A DNA stretch of 64,000 nt. It comes from an uncultured Thermotogaceae bacterium. Lineage in GTDB: Bacteria > Thermotogota > Thermotogae > MWEM01. The stretch spans positions 12,565 through 76,564 of the forward strand of contig CAYOFT010000002.1 in the NCBI GenBank assembly GCA_964403295.1, written 5' to 3'. A model generated the notes under the pieces. That model saw only the letters and a program-made list of their open reading frames with translations, did no database searches and was not told where the DNA came from. This document shows, piece after piece, positions 9,285 through 20,248 of the stretch (position 1 is its first letter; the number at the start of each line of letters is the position of its first letter). The translations under genes were made by a program, and so were the position numbers.

Positions 9285-12200
9285 ATGACAAATATACATA
9301 TTTTAAAGGGACCTCAAAGAGTTGATAAAACTATTTCTGTGATTGATAAGTTATTTGATAAGCAAAAAACATTTGGTGCGATGAGTTATTTATTCCTTGG
9401 CTCCTCAGGGGGTTTTTTACATGATTTTCGTGAAAGGTATGTTGAAAAGGCGGATGCAATTTTCAACAGTAATTTTAAGGTTATCAATCAATTTGTTGTG
9501 GAAGAATTGACAAAGTACTATCCTCATAAAGTACATGTTGATCGGGAAATGCTATCCGCTCTTGTCCTTGAAGTGCTGGCTGATAACAGCGAATTAAAGG
9601 AACTTCTGAGTTCAGGAATTGGAATTGTTGAATTATTTCTTTCCTACTTTAGCGTTGTAAATGAACAAAATCCGGATAATGTTTTTGCAGAGGCAGATGG
9701 CACTGAAGATTATTTGATAAAATTGTTTGCAGGTTTATATGCAAAATTTAGAAAATTACTTGATGATAAGAATATGTTTTCAACTTATGATGCTTATCGT
9801 TTAATGGCAGAATTAATAGTGGAAGAAAACTACCATTTAGATATCAACAGAAAATTTCTCTTCATCGATGGTTTTAACGATTTTCCAAAGCCCATTCGCG
9901 ATTTTCTTTTTGTTTTTATTCCTCTTTTTACAGAGGTTTACCTTACCATACCAACAAATTTGAATTGGCAAATAGAGGAGCCTTCTTTTGTCACTTTTAT
10001 TCAATCATTTCAGAATGGAGTTAATAAGGAGAAGTGCCGCATAAAAACCATCGCCATCGATAATTCGGCTCCTACAATGATTGACAATCTTTGTGATCGT
10101 TTTCTTGAAGAAGATTACAAAAATAATAATTTGGTGGAAAAAGAAATAACAAAAGATTTTCCAATCTCTTTTGCAAAAACTACAAATCCCCAGAATCAGT
10201 ATAGGTTAATTGGTGCTATTGTTAAAAATTTAGTTTTAAGAAATAAAACGCCCTTGGATGAAATAGGGGTCGTTACACGTGATATCAAAAAAAACGGGTT
10301 GTCCATTTCACGGATATTTGACAATATGGGGATACCCTATCGCTTTGAAGGTGATGTTTCCATTCTTGACAGTATCAACATTAATCGAATGATTCTCCCC
10401 TTTAAAGTTTTCTACAGTGGCTTCGAACCTGATATGATACTCGATTATATTGAATCAGGTTTTATTGAAAACACCAACTTGTCTTTTGCTACCCTTCAGG
10501 AGATTTTTGAAAAAGCAGGTTTATCATACGGAAAAAGTTTTTCGGAAGTTGATTCAACACGATTTGCTACTTTGAAGATCAGAAAAGAAAGCTGGGATAA
10601 AAAACTAAATCGATATGAAAAATTTGTACAGGAAAGAATTAAGGCTCAGTCTTATACTATTGAAGAAGAGATGGATTTGCAAGTAAAAAATGAAGAAATC
10701 ATTGTAAATATTAAACAAGTAAAAATACTACTAAATGATGTTTTTGACACTTTGGACATTTTGTTTTCTTCTATGCGTAAAAGGCCATTTAGTGAGTATT
10801 TTGAGTATTTGGATTTTCTTTTTGAACGACTTGTTCAAAAGGGTTTAATATCAAAAGAAGATTTTGAAGATTCAGCTGTAAAGGTATTTTTCGAAGATAT
10901 TTTACCGTCCTTAAAACATTTTTTTGTTATCACAAAAAAAACCAAAACACCCCAAATCAGACCATCTGAATTTTGGAAGTGTTTAAACATTTTCCTGGAA
11001 AATAAAAAGATCCATAGCAGTGAATTTATTGAGAATAAATGTTTGATAATGGATCTGGAATCATCAAGATATAGAAATACAGATATAAGAATATACATCG
11101 ATTTCCTTGAAAGCTATTATCCAAAGATTGTTTTTAATAAGGTTTATGATTTACTTTTAGTCAATAATACACCTTTTGTTGATGCCTATTTAAAAAGAGA
11201 AGAAAGGGATTTTTTATTATCCTTAAGAAAAACAAAGCAAAAAGCCTTTTTTGTTTATCCTCAAGGCGATATAAACGGTATTCCTTACAATAGATCTTTT
11301 TATATTGACCGTTTTTTAAAGATTATGGATAAAAATCCTGAAAATGAAGATGATCTTTTTGTTGATACGGAAAAAATAAATTATCTTGAGGAGTATTCTG
11401 TAAAGGATTATCTAATTTCAAAACTCGATAAAATCAACATCCTCAGCGAGGATTTTATAAACTTATGTACAAAATTTGGATACGATTGGAAAAGGATCAA
11501 AAACAAAATATCAATACTGAAAAAAAATAACAAATCTGCTTTTATAATAGAAAATCAATCTTTGATTCCTCAGTTATTTGGAGATACCTTAAGTGCTTCC
11601 AAATTCGGCATTCTTAAAAAGTGTTATCAAAATTTTTTTTATCAGTATATTCTTAAGGTAAGAACAACGTTAGAAGAAAAAGAAGGTTTTGATTTTTTTG
11701 TTGAGGGTCAAATCCTGCATTCTATATTGCACGCTGTTTTTTACGATTTGGTCAAAAAGAATCAACTGTTGGAAAATCTTGAACAGATTGAATTTAATGT
11801 TTTTTTTAACAACATTGTTGTCGGATTCATTCGAAATGAGATTAAAGCCAAGATGTTTCATCCTGAAAGCATATTGTATGAAGCAGAAGTGACCTTTTTT
11901 TCTAAACTAATTCGAGATTTTTTAGAAAAATATCGAACTTCAAAATACTTTTTTTCAAATCCCAATCCTGAAAAATATGGAACATCTATTTTTGTGCCTC
12001 AAAAATTTGAGGTGGAAATAACAAGAAAAGATAAAATAAAATTCCTTGATGATAAAGAAATATACTTTATTGGAAAGATAGATAGAATGGATTTTAATCA
12101 AACAGGAGATTTTTTCATCTATGATTATAAACGCTCTGACAGCAGTGCGGATAAAGACTCTTCCCATCAGTTAATGATGTATGCTTATGCAGCCAGTCAA

Positions 12201-12482
12201 CTTTTCAAGTTACCTGAAGGAATGGCATTTTTACCCATAATTTCCAAAAAAAAGAAGATCACGGGATTATGTTTAACATATGATACTGAAGATGATTTAT
12301 ATATTATCAAGGATGCAAGAAAAGACAAATTTTTATCCTTTCAGGATTTGTTAGATGAGATAGGGGTAAAAATTGATCAGGTGTTTAAAGGTGATTTCAA
12401 CAAAACGGAAAATGTAAATTGCTATGGGTGTCCGCATCAGAAAACCGGGATATGTGAGATTCGAAAAGGGACTGAGGAATAA
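9285..12482 (+). CDS. addB: AddB-type helicase-nuclease subunit (PD-(D/E)XK nuclease with Fe-S cysteines)
   Basis: 1065 aa. Degenerate N-terminal P-loop GPQRVDKT. Nuclease motif GKIDRMDF...IYDYKRS. Cysteines at KKCYQNFF and C-terminal CYGCPHQKTGIC. Stop overlaps the addA start (TAATG). Confidence 0.75.
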   Translation: MTNIHILKGPQRVDKTISVIDKLFDKQKTFGAMSYLFLGSSGGFLHDFRERYVEKADAIFNSNFKVINQFVVEELTKYYPHKVHVDREMLSALVLEVLADNSELKELLSSGIGIVELFLSYFSVVNEQNPDNVFAEADGTEDYLIKLFAGLYAKFRKLLDDKNMFSTYDAYRLMAELIVEENYHLDINRKFLFIDGFNDFPKPIRDFLFVFIPLFTEVYLTIPTNLNWQIEEPSFVTFIQSFQNGVNKEKCRIKTIAIDNSAPTMIDNLCDRFLEEDYKNNNLVEKEITKDFPISFAKTTNPQNQYRLIGAIVKNLVLRNKTPLDEIGVVTRDIKKNGLSISRIFDNMGIPYRFEGDVSILDSININRMILPFKVFYSGFEPDMILDYIESGFIENTNLSFATLQEIFEKAGLSYGKSFSEVDSTRFATLKIRKESWDKKLNRYEKFVQERIKAQSYTIEEEMDLQVKNEEIIVNIKQVKILLNDVFDTLDILFSSMRKRPFSEYFEYLDFLFERLVQKGLISKEDFEDSAVKVFFEDILPSLKHFFVITKKTKTPQIRPSEFWKCLNIFLENKKIHSSEFIENKCLIMDLESSRYRNTDIRIYIDFLESYYPKIVFNKVYDLLLVNNTPFVDAYLKREERDFLLSLRKTKQKAFFVYPQGDINGIPYNRSFYIDRFLKIMDKNPENEDDLFVDTEKINYLEEYSVKDYLISKLDKINILSEDFINLCTKFGYDWKRIKNKISILKKNNKSAFIIENQSLIPQLFGDTLSASKFGILKKCYQNFFYQYILKVRTTLEEKEGFDFFVEGQILHSILHAVFYDLVKKNQLLENLEQIEFNVFFNNIVVGFIRNEIKAKMFHPESILYEAEVTFFSKLIRDFLEKYRTSKYFFSNPNPEKYGTSIFVPQKFEVEITRKDKIKFLDDKEIYFIGKIDRMDFNQTGDFFIYDYKRSDSSADKDSSHQLMMYAYAASQLFKLPEGMAFLPIISKKKKITGLCLTYDTEDDLYIIKDARKDKFLSFQDLLDEIGVKIDQVFKGDFNKTENVNCYGCPHQKTGICEIRKGTEE

Positions 12483-15430
12483 TGAAGGATACATTAAACG
12501 CACAACAAATCTCTATTATTAATAGCGATGGAGACATATTTGTTAAAGCAGGAGCAGGTACCGGGAAAACGCGTACAATTACTGAATTATATTTTAATTT
12601 ACTTTTATACAAGCAATATGATGTGAAAAATATACTTGCAATCACGTTTACCGAAAAGGCTGCTACTGAAATGAAAGACAGGATCAAGAAAAGAATGAAA
12701 GAATTTATAGATGAAACAACTGGGATTCAAAAAAAGCAGTTGTTAAAACTTCAAAAACGTATGAATTACGCTTGGATATCAACTTTACATGCCTTTTGTT
12801 CAAGAATAATTCGAGAGTATCCTTTGCAGTCACAAATTGATCCTATGTTTGAAATCATTGACGAAGCTGAAAAAAAGAACAGAATAAACTATACCATAAA
12901 AAAATATTTCAATCAGTCAGGGGGTTCAACAAGGTTTAAAAAGATAAAAGAATTGGCTTTTCTATATCGTTATGACAATCTTTTAGAACTCTTCCAAGAG
13001 GCATTGGAAAAAGATCAATTTTCACTAAAAAAGATCAGTTTGGAATCGTTTAGAACAAAGACAGATGATAAAAAAAGCGGAACATTAATCAAACGTTTAT
13101 TACCTGAATTTCAGATGGCTTTTCAAGAGATGGCATCCAATTATCATCAAAAAAATAAACGTGACAACAAACTTGATTATGATGGACTGTTATTCGAAGT
13201 CATTGAGTTGCTTAAACGTGAAGATGATTTAAAAAAGAGGCTGCAAAATCGTTTTAAATGCATCATTGTTGATGAATTTCAAGATACCAATCAACAGCAA
13301 AAGGAAATTGTAGATCTCTTGAGTCATCATGATAATAAAATTGTATTTGTGGGAGACCCTAAACAATCTATCTACTATTTTAATGGTGCTGATGTTAGTG
13401 TTTTTAATCAAACAGAAAAAAACTTTTATAATGGAAAGACATTTGAGTTATTTAAAAATTATCGCTCAAACAGTGAGTTAATCGATTTCTTTAATCTTAT
13501 TTTTCCCGTAATTTTTGTGAAAAAACCCGAATTATCTTATACAATAACTTACGATGCCTTATCAGCTGAGGCTGGGGAACGAATTAAAGAACCGGTGAAA
13601 TTATTACCAATTGCGACATCATTTAAAGAGGAATGTGACAATATTTGTCTTTATATAAAAAAAAGAATTTCCGAAGGAATGCATTATAAAGAGATAGCAG
13701 TTTTGCTGCGTCGTATGACAAAAATAGAAGTTCTTGAGGATGCATTTAAACGACACAAAATACCCTTTTATGTGAACGGTAGTCGCGGTTTTTTTAAAAA
13801 ACCGGAAATTGTGACTTTAACTTCTTTTTTAAAAGTAATATTTGATCCCACTGACGAAGAAAACTTGTTGGTTTTATTAAGAAGTTTTATCAGCCCCTAT
13901 TCAGATTCAGATTTAGTCGAATTGAGAATAAAAGATAAAAGGTCTCTGTTAAAAGCATGGGAAGTATTTTCAAAAGATAATGATAATGAGACTAATTTGT
14001 ATCAGCATTATCGAACGCTTAGGGATAAGGCGAATCTGATTAATCCTTCGAAATTGATTGGAGAAATCATCAAAATTTTTGATTATGAATTTATTATTTC
14101 TCAGTTATCAAATCCTGAAAGAAGACTTTTAAATTTAAAAAAATTCGTAGAATATGCTCAGCATTTTGATAATGAAATTTCCATCAGACGTTTTTTAAAG
14201 AGTATTGAGGGAATGGAGCAAAGTAATGAGGGTGAAGCTTCAGTTGATAATGAAAAAAGCAATGTGGTGAAGGTTATGACCATTCATAAATCAAAAGGTC
14301 TGGAGTTCCCTGTTGTGATTATGCCTGAAATGGGGTATGTTAATCATGCGGGGCGGTCAAAACCAAATTTGTTAGTGAATCATGAAACAAATCAAATCGC
14401 ATTAAAAGATCCCGTTGAAGAAATCTCCGGCTCCGATTATTCAAACATGCTGTTGATTGAACGATCAAAAGAGTATGAGGAAGAAAAGCGAATTTTATAT
14501 GTAGCTTTTACACGTGCTGAAAAAGAACTTGTTTTGAGCTACTCTAAACCTCCAAAAAATTCTAAAAATGCCCCTTTCAGGAATGTATTAAAGGCATGTG
14601 ATATTTTAATAGAAAGCGGAAAAGATGATCTTTGGAATCTTGAAGGTGATTCACCTGTAAAAAAGTATCTTGAATTTATTTCCCCAGTTTCCTTAAAAAA
14701 GTATTTTAATCATTCTGTTCTTAATGGTCAATTTTATCCTGATCAAGAAACTCATGGAGAAATTCCCCATACAGTTTATGCCCTTAATGAAATGGAATGG
14801 AAAAAGTATGTCAGTCCCACGATTCTTAACAGCATTACTCAAAATGAAAAAAGAGAATATTCGCACAGAATCGTTAACGACTATCATTTTGACGAAGATA
14901 AAACTGAAGATAGAAAGCGTATAGGAATTTTGATACACAGGGTATTGGAAGACTTAGGGCAAATTCCTTTATCATCTATCACTGTAGAGAGGATCTCTAC
15001 AAAATTAGCAGATGAACCTCTTTCAGATTTATATTTCAATGAAATAAAGAGGATGATTAAAACTCTCGAAAGAATAAACGAACCTTTAATTGAAACGATT
15101 GAAAAAGCTAAAGTTACTTATAATGAAATGCCATTAAGAAAAAAGTTTGGAAAGTATATCCTTACCGGAACGGTTGATAAGATATTCTTAAATGAAGATG
15201 AATGGGAAATTGTTGACTTTAAATACGCAGCTGGATCACCAACAGATGATGACAAGTATGCTTTTCAAATAAGATTTTACCTCTATTGTCTTCAGAAACT
15301 GCTGAATCCCAAACCTACTAAAGGTTTTATCTATTATTTAAAAAGCAACAGGATAGTGGAAATTCATCAAACTAACGATATTGAACAGCAAATCAAGCAA
15401 AAAATCTTAGATTTTGAAAAGCTAAAATAA
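12482..15430 (+). CDS. addA: AddA-type ATP-dependent helicase/nuclease (UvrD/Rep superfamily 1 helicase with C-terminal RecB-like nuclease)
   Basis: Walker A AGAGTGKT, DEFQDT, VGDPKQSIY, TIHKSKGLEF, YVAFTRA. C-terminal GTVDKIF...EIVDFKY nuclease motif. Confidence 0.8.
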   Translation: MKDTLNAQQISIINSDGDIFVKAGAGTGKTRTITELYFNLLLYKQYDVKNILAITFTEKAATEMKDRIKKRMKEFIDETTGIQKKQLLKLQKRMNYAWISTLHAFCSRIIREYPLQSQIDPMFEIIDEAEKKNRINYTIKKYFNQSGGSTRFKKIKELAFLYRYDNLLELFQEALEKDQFSLKKISLESFRTKTDDKKSGTLIKRLLPEFQMAFQEMASNYHQKNKRDNKLDYDGLLFEVIELLKREDDLKKRLQNRFKCIIVDEFQDTNQQQKEIVDLLSHHDNKIVFVGDPKQSIYYFNGADVSVFNQTEKNFYNGKTFELFKNYRSNSELIDFFNLIFPVIFVKKPELSYTITYDALSAEAGERIKEPVKLLPIATSFKEECDNICLYIKKRISEGMHYKEIAVLLRRMTKIEVLEDAFKRHKIPFYVNGSRGFFKKPEIVTLTSFLKVIFDPTDEENLLVLLRSFISPYSDSDLVELRIKDKRSLLKAWEVFSKDNDNETNLYQHYRTLRDKANLINPSKLIGEIIKIFDYEFIISQLSNPERRLLNLKKFVEYAQHFDNEISIRRFLKSIEGMEQSNEGEASVDNEKSNVVKVMTIHKSKGLEFPVVIMPEMGYVNHAGRSKPNLLVNHETNQIALKDPVEEISGSDYSNMLLIERSKEYEEEKRILYVAFTRAEKELVLSYSKPPKNSKNAPFRNVLKACDILIESGKDDLWNLEGDSPVKKYLEFISPVSLKKYFNHSVLNGQFYPDQETHGEIPHTVYALNEMEWKKYVSPTILNSITQNEKREYSHRIVNDYHFDEDKTEDRKRIGILIHRVLEDLGQIPLSSITVERISTKLADEPLSDLYFNEIKRMIKTLERINEPLIETIEKAKVTYNEMPLRKKFGKYILTGTVDKIFLNEDEWEIVDFKYAAGSPTDDDKYAFQIRFYLYCLQKLLNPKPTKGFIYYLKSNRIVEIHQTNDIEQQIKQKILDFEKLK

Positions 15431-15440
15431 CTGTCAAAAA

Positions 15441-15469
15441 AAGAAGGGGATTTTCAAAATCCCCTTCTT
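15441..15469. terminator. Bidirectional intrinsic terminator
   Basis: AAGAAGGGGATTTT / AAAATCCCCTTCTT perfect hairpin flanked by an A run and a T run, between convergent addA and the minus-strand operon. Confidence 0.7.
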
Positions 15470-15790
15470 TTATCCTTCATCATCAAATATATTATGTTTT
15501 TTCATTCGCTTCGAAAATAACCCCTCTAAAATCAATGTAATTCCAATTAATATTAAGATACCTGGCCAAAAAACATTAAAATGAAAACACAAGGCTAATC
15601 CAATTAGCCAAGAAGAAGCTGTTAGAGCATGTCTCCATCCTTCTTTTAAAATACTGCCCGGTAAAATGGCAATGCCAATAACTGCCAGGATCCAAGGGAA
15701 AAAAGAAATGTCTTTAACCAGAATGATTACAGCCAACCCAATGAGGATCAACCCACCTGTGAGTGAACCTGCTGTTTGTTTTCTTGTCAT
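15470..15790 (-). CDS. Small hypothetical integral membrane protein
   Basis: 106 aa with about four hydrophobic helices. 12-nt spacing to the upstream gene. No recognisable motif. Confidence 0.5.
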   Translation of the reverse strand: MTRKQTAGSLTGGLILIGLAVIILVKDISFFPWILAVIGIAILPGSILKEGWRHALTASSWLIGLALCFHFNVFWPGILILIGITLILEGLFSKRMKKHNIFDDEG

Positions 15791-15802
15791 CTTGACACCT
15801 CT

Positions 15803-16123
15803 TTATTCTATAATAACAGCTGTGCCGGAAGTACTGACCATCAACATACCGCCACTTGATCCCAATACTTCATAGTCAATATCTATACCCACAACTGCAT
15901 TTGCTCCTGTCTCAAGTGCTCGAGACTTCATTTCTTGAAAGGCATTTTCCCTGGCTCTTATTAATTCGTTTTCGTAACTGTTTGATCGCCCTCCAACAAA
16001 ATCTCTGATGCCTGCCATAAAATCTTTTACAAAATTAACGCCTGTAATGACTTCTCCGCAAACAATACCTTTGTATTCTACGATTTTTTTACCTTCTACA
16101 GTTGGTGTTGTCGTTAAAACCAT
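15803..16123 (-). CDS. YbjQ/UPF0145 family protein
   Basis: 106 aa; [11 protein letters not shown]...GEVITGVNF...GGRS...[12 protein letters not shown] pattern typical of UPF0145. Confidence 0.75.
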   Translation of the reverse strand: MVLTTTPTVEGKKIVEYKGIVCGEVITGVNFVKDFMAGIRDFVGGRSNSYENELIRARENAFQEMKSRALETGANAVVGIDIDYEVLGSSGGMLMVSTSGTAVIIE

Positions 16124-16135
16124 TTTTTTCGCTCC

Positions 16136-17401
16136 TTAAATTTTGTTTTTATAAAGGGGAAATTGTTGACACATTTTTTGAACTTGTTTTAACAATGTTT
16201 CTTTTACATCCCCATCAATCTCGCCATCTTCGTTCATTGACTTAATTGCAGTTACAATGATATCTGCAATTATTGGCATCTCATCCAAACCCATTCCACG
16301 AGTTGTGATTGCAGGGGTGCCGATTCGAATACCACTAGTCACGAATGGTGAAAGTTTTTCATCAGGAATTGTGTTTTTGTTTACTGTTATATTGACCTCT
16401 TCGAGTCCATTTTCAACGGCTTTTCCAGTCACGTTCATTGGTGTGAGATCTACCAGTAAGAGATGCGTATCTGTTCCTCCAGAAACAATTCTTAATCCCC
16501 TTTTTTCAAGTTCTTCAGCTAATTGATTTGCATTTTCTATAACCTTTTTTTGATATTCTTTGAAAGATGGTTTGAGCGCTTCCAAAAAACTTACTGCTTT
16601 TGCGGCGATGATATGCATCAAAGGTCCACCTTGAATTCCGGGGAAAATTGTTTTGTTAATGGCTTTGTATAGATCTTTATCGTTTGTTAAAATAATGCCG
16701 CCTCTCGGGCCTCTTAGTGTTTTGTGAGTTGTACTGGTTACAACATGAGCATATTCCAGTGGGTTAGGGTATAAACCAGCTGCCACTAAACCAGCAAAAT
16801 GAGCCATATCCACTACAAGATATGCCCCCACTTCATCTGCTATTTCTCTGAAACGTTTAAAATCAATAATTCTTGAATAAGCACTGCCACCAGCTACGAT
16901 TATTTTTGGTTTGTGTTTAAGTGCGAGTTCTTCCACTTCATCATAATCAATTTGTTCAGTATCCAGTTTGACGCCATATTGTACTGATTTGTATATTTTA
17001 CCTGAAAAATTAACCGTTGCACCATGAGTGAGATGACCCCCATGGCTAAGAGACATTCCCATAATTGTTTCTCCGGGTTCTGCGATGGCAAAATATACTC
17101 CCATATTGGCTTGTGAACCCGAATGAGGTTGAACGTTAGCATATTTGCAATTAAACAATTCTTTCACTCTGTTTCTCGCTAGTTGTTCAGCTTGATCTAC
17201 AAAAACACAACCGCCATAATACCTTTTTTTAGGATATCCTTCAGCGTATTTGTTGGTTAAAACACTTCCCATGGCTTCCATAACTGCTACTGAAGCAAAG
17301 TTTTCAGATGCGATGAGTTCCAGCCCTGTTTCCTGTCTGTTTAATTCTTTTAGAAAAATTTCATATATTTCAGAATCTTCTTTTTTGATTGTTTCCCACA
17401 T
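16136..17401 (-). CDS. glyA: Serine hydroxymethyltransferase
   Basis: [44 protein letters not shown] (PLP lysine). ATG at 17401 lies 8 nt after AGGGGA. Confidence 0.95.
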   Translation of the reverse strand: MWETIKKEDSEIYEIFLKELNRQETGLELIASENFASVAVMEAMGSVLTNKYAEGYPKKRYYGGCVFVDQAEQLARNRVKELFNCKYANVQPHSGSQANMGVYFAIAEPGETIMGMSLSHGGHLTHGATVNFSGKIYKSVQYGVKLDTEQIDYDEVEELALKHKPKIIVAGGSAYSRIIDFKRFREIADEVGAYLVVDMAHFAGLVAAGLYPNPLEYAHVVTSTTHKTLRGPRGGIILTNDKDLYKAINKTIFPGIQGGPLMHIIAAKAVSFLEALKPSFKEYQKKVIENANQLAEELEKRGLRIVSGGTDTHLLLVDLTPMNVTGKAVENGLEEVNITVNKNTIPDEKLSPFVTSGIRIGTPAITTRGMGLDEMPIIADIIVTAIKSMNEDGEIDGDVKETLLKQVQKMCQQFPLYKNKI

Positions 17402-17425
17402 AAAAACCATCCCCTTTCATTCAGC

Positions 17426-17857
17426 TTATGAAATTGTAATTAAAGTTTCTCCCGTTTCGACATTATCTCCTTTTTTGCAATGTATTTCATCTACTATACC
17501 GGTAATATCACTAACAATGTCATTTTCCATTTTCATTGCTTCTAGGATAAGTAATTTATCTCCAGGTTTTACGTTATCTCCTTTTTTAACTTTTACATCG
17601 ATAACCAGCCCTGACATAGGGGCATCAATATTTGATTGTGATCCATTGTTCTCAGAAACATCTGTATTTGGTTCGTTTTTTGGTTTAGGTGTGTTAGAAA
17701 CCTTTTCAGATATCGACGGTTGCTGCTTATCAGCGGGAAGTGATTCTGTTGTGTTTCGAGTAGCATTAATATTGTGAGAAGTAGAATCTGAAGTTATTTC
17801 TTCTACCTCCACTTCATATGATTTTCCATTTACTTTGACATTGTATTTTTTTACCAT
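17426..17857 (-). CDS. Biotin carboxyl carrier subunit (methylmalonyl-CoA/oxaloacetate decarboxylase gamma-type)
   Basis: C-terminal biotinyl domain with LILEAMKMEN. Low-complexity Pro/Ser/Asn linker. Confidence 0.8.
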   Translation of the reverse strand: MVKKYNVKVNGKSYEVEVEEITSDSTSHNINATRNTTESLPADKQQPSISEKVSNTPKPKNEPNTDVSENNGSQSNIDAPMSGLVIDVKVKKGDNVKPGDKLLILEAMKMENDIVSDITGIVDEIHCKKGDNVETGETLITIS

Positions 17858-18201
17858 GTTCTTTTAACTCCTTTTCTAATCGGTCTCCAGATTTTTAATT
17901 TCTGAGTTCTCCAATGAACACCTTTGTTGGGTTCCTTTTCTTTGATGTGCATAATCTTAAAGTTGTTCGTTGTATATGCTGAAATTGCGGCTATTATGAC
18001 AGCAGATAATTCTAAATCCGATTGTTGAGTATCTTTTTGTTTTGTTGTTTTTTTCGCTTTTTTAAAATTAAAAGCTTCTTTTGTTTCAGTTGTTTTTTTA
18101 TCTCCAAATAATTTTGCCAATAGCTTAAACAAAAAGAAAAGAACTACAAAGGTAAAAAAAACAACACTGATACCCACTAATGAAATGGTCCCTACATTCA
18201 T
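17851..18201 (-). CDS. OadG/MmdD-like small membrane anchor subunit of a biotin-dependent decarboxylase
   Basis: Single N-terminal TM ISLVGISVVFFTFVVLFFLF and an AVIIAAISAY segment. Position between carboxyltransferase and biotin carrier. 7-nt overlap with the latter. Confidence 0.55.
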   Translation of the reverse strand: MNVGTISLVGISVVFFTFVVLFFLFKLLAKLFGDKKTTETKEAFNFKKAKKTTKQKDTQQSDLELSAVIIAAISAYTTNNFKIMHIKEKEPNKGVHWRTQKLKIWRPIRKGVKRTW

Positions 18202-18225
18202 CGAATCAACCTTTCAATTATGAAT

Positions 18226-19782
18226 TTATAAAGGAATATTTCCATGTTTTTTATTAGGAACGGCCTCTGCTTTTGTTTCCGTTATTTTGATGGCCTTATA
18301 CAATTGTTTTCTAACATCATCAGGAGAAATTATAGCATCTACATAGCCTCTCGAAGCAGCTTGATAAGGATTTGCAAAACGTTCTTTGTACTCGTCAATC
18401 TTTTCCTTCCGCGTAGCCTCGGGGTTTTGAGCACTTTCAATTTCTTTCCTAAAGATAACATTGGCAGCACCTTCAGGACCCATTACTGCAATTTGTGCTG
18501 AAGGTAATGCAAATACCAAATCTGCTCCCAAATGCTGACTCCCCATGGCAATATACGCACCGCCATAAGCTTTCCTCAGGATTAATGTGATCTTTGGAAC
18601 GGTCGATTCGCTATAAGCGTATAGTAATTTTGCGCCATGCCTGATTATCCCGTTAAATTCCTGATTTGTTCCTGGTAAGAAACCGGGAGTATCTACAAAA
18701 GTTAAGATAGGAATATTAAAAGCATCCAAAAATCTAATAAACCTTGCAGCTTTGTCAGAGGCATTGATATCAAGACTACCTGCCCAAACTTTAGGCTGAT
18801 TGGCAACGATACCTACTGTGTAGCCTCCGATTCTGGCAAACCCCGTAACGATATTCTTTGCGTATAAGGCGTGGACTTCAAAAAAGCAATCATTGTCCAC
18901 TACACTGCTTATAACATCTCTCACATCATACCCTTTTTTCATTTCAGCCGGTACAATTTGTGAAATGTCTCTAAAATTTGACAAATCATATGATTTATCA
19001 TTTTCTGAAATATCCGGTTGTTCTAAATTATTAGAGGGAAGAAAGTCGATTAAATCTCTGCACAGTTGTAAGGCATTTTCATCCGAATCAGCTATAAAAT
19101 GAGCATTACCGCTTTTAGTATTATGTACAGTCGCGCCACCCAAGTCCTCTTGAGATACTTCTTCACCGGTTACAGCTTTAATGACTTGCGGCCCTGTTAT
19201 GAACATCTTTGCATTTTTGTCAACCATGATAACAAAATCTGTAATAGCGGGTGAATAAACTGCTCCCCCTGCACATGGTCCCATGATGATTGAGATTTGA
19301 GGGATAACACCTGAAGCACGAGTATTTCTAAAAAAGATGCCCCCATAACCAAATAAGGCATCTACAGCTTCCTGAATTCTTGCCCCGCCTGAATCGTTTA
19401 TACCTATCACCGGTATCCCCATTTTTAATGCAAGATCCTGCATTTTCATAATTTTTTTTGCGTGCATCTCACCTAATGAACCACCCATGACTGTAAAATC
19501 CTGTGAAAAAACAGCGACTTTTTTCCCGTTGATTGTTCCTATACCAGTTACTACAGCGTCAGCCGGGATCTCTTTTTTTTCCAAACCAAAGTTATCACAT
19601 CTGTGTTTAACGAATTTATCAATTTCAACAAAAGAATTTTCATCTAACAGGATAGAGATTCTTTCCCTGGCGGTTAATTTTCCGCTTTTATGTTGCTTTT
19701 CGATTCGTTTTTCTCCTCCACCCTGTTCAATCTGTTCGCTTTTTTTCTTAAACGAGTCTATCAGTTCATTCATCGTTGACAT
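18226..19782 (-). CDS. Methylmalonyl-CoA carboxyltransferase / decarboxylase alpha subunit (propionyl-CoA carboxylase beta family)
   Basis: 518 aa carboxyltransferase fold; GGGEKRIEKQH, DFTVMGGSLG, GGARIQE, AYGGAYIAMG motifs. Confidence 0.85.
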   Translation of the reverse strand: MSTMNELIDSFKKKSEQIEQGGGEKRIEKQHKSGKLTARERISILLDENSFVEIDKFVKHRCDNFGLEKKEIPADAVVTGIGTINGKKVAVFSQDFTVMGGSLGEMHAKKIMKMQDLALKMGIPVIGINDSGGARIQEAVDALFGYGGIFFRNTRASGVIPQISIIMGPCAGGAVYSPAITDFVIMVDKNAKMFITGPQVIKAVTGEEVSQEDLGGATVHNTKSGNAHFIADSDENALQLCRDLIDFLPSNNLEQPDISENDKSYDLSNFRDISQIVPAEMKKGYDVRDVISSVVDNDCFFEVHALYAKNIVTGFARIGGYTVGIVANQPKVWAGSLDINASDKAARFIRFLDAFNIPILTFVDTPGFLPGTNQEFNGIIRHGAKLLYAYSESTVPKITLILRKAYGGAYIAMGSQHLGADLVFALPSAQIAVMGPEGAANVIFRKEIESAQNPEATRKEKIDEYKERFANPYQAASRGYVDAIISPDDVRKQLYKAIKITETKAEAVPNKKHGNIPL

Positions 19783-19800
19783 TTTTTCTCATCCTTTCCA

Positions 19801-20208
19801 TTAATGATCAACTTCAACCAGTTCTAACAGAACACCATTGGTGCTTTTGGGGTGAAGAAATGCTACTTTTGTTCCATGTGCACCCTTTTCAGGTTCTTCA
19901 GACAACAATCGGTAACCTTTTTTCTTTAACGTTTCCATGGTTTCTTTAACGTTTTTCACATGAAGGGCAATGTGGTGAATTCCCGGTCCCTTTTTTTCTA
20001 TGAACTTAGCGATGGTGCTTTTTTCGGAAGTTGGTTCCAGTAATTCGATCATTGAATCTCCCGTTTGAATAAAAGCGGTTTTCAAGGCTCGATCAGGCAG
20101 CTCTTCAATTCCCTTATAATCCATTCCCAATACGTCTTTGTACAATTTTAACGATTCATCTATCGATTTCACGGCGATGCCAATGTGATCGATTTTAGTT
20201 ACACTCAT
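19801..20208 (-). CDS. mce: Methylmalonyl-CoA epimerase (glyoxalase/VOC fold)
   Basis: KIDHIGIAV and GIHHIALHV metal-ligand motifs. ATG at 20208 lies 6 nt after GGGAGG. Confidence 0.8.
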   Translation of the reverse strand: MSVTKIDHIGIAVKSIDESLKLYKDVLGMDYKGIEELPDRALKTAFIQTGDSMIELLEPTSEKSTIAKFIEKKGPGIHHIALHVKNVKETMETLKKKGYRLLSEEPEKGAHGTKVAFLHPKSTNGVLLELVEVDH

Positions 20209-20248
20209 CTTCATCCTCCCGTTTAAAGTTATGCAAATTATAGCACAT

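Noticed and set aside
17250-17777. 175-aa plus-strand ORF spanning the glyA start and the biotin-carrier gene
   Set aside because: It is antisense to two well-supported genes, in the frame where third codon positions coincide. That frame is stop-poor whenever the sense strand lacks Tyr, His and Gln codons. Its Ser/Ile/Phe-rich translation has no motif or SD.
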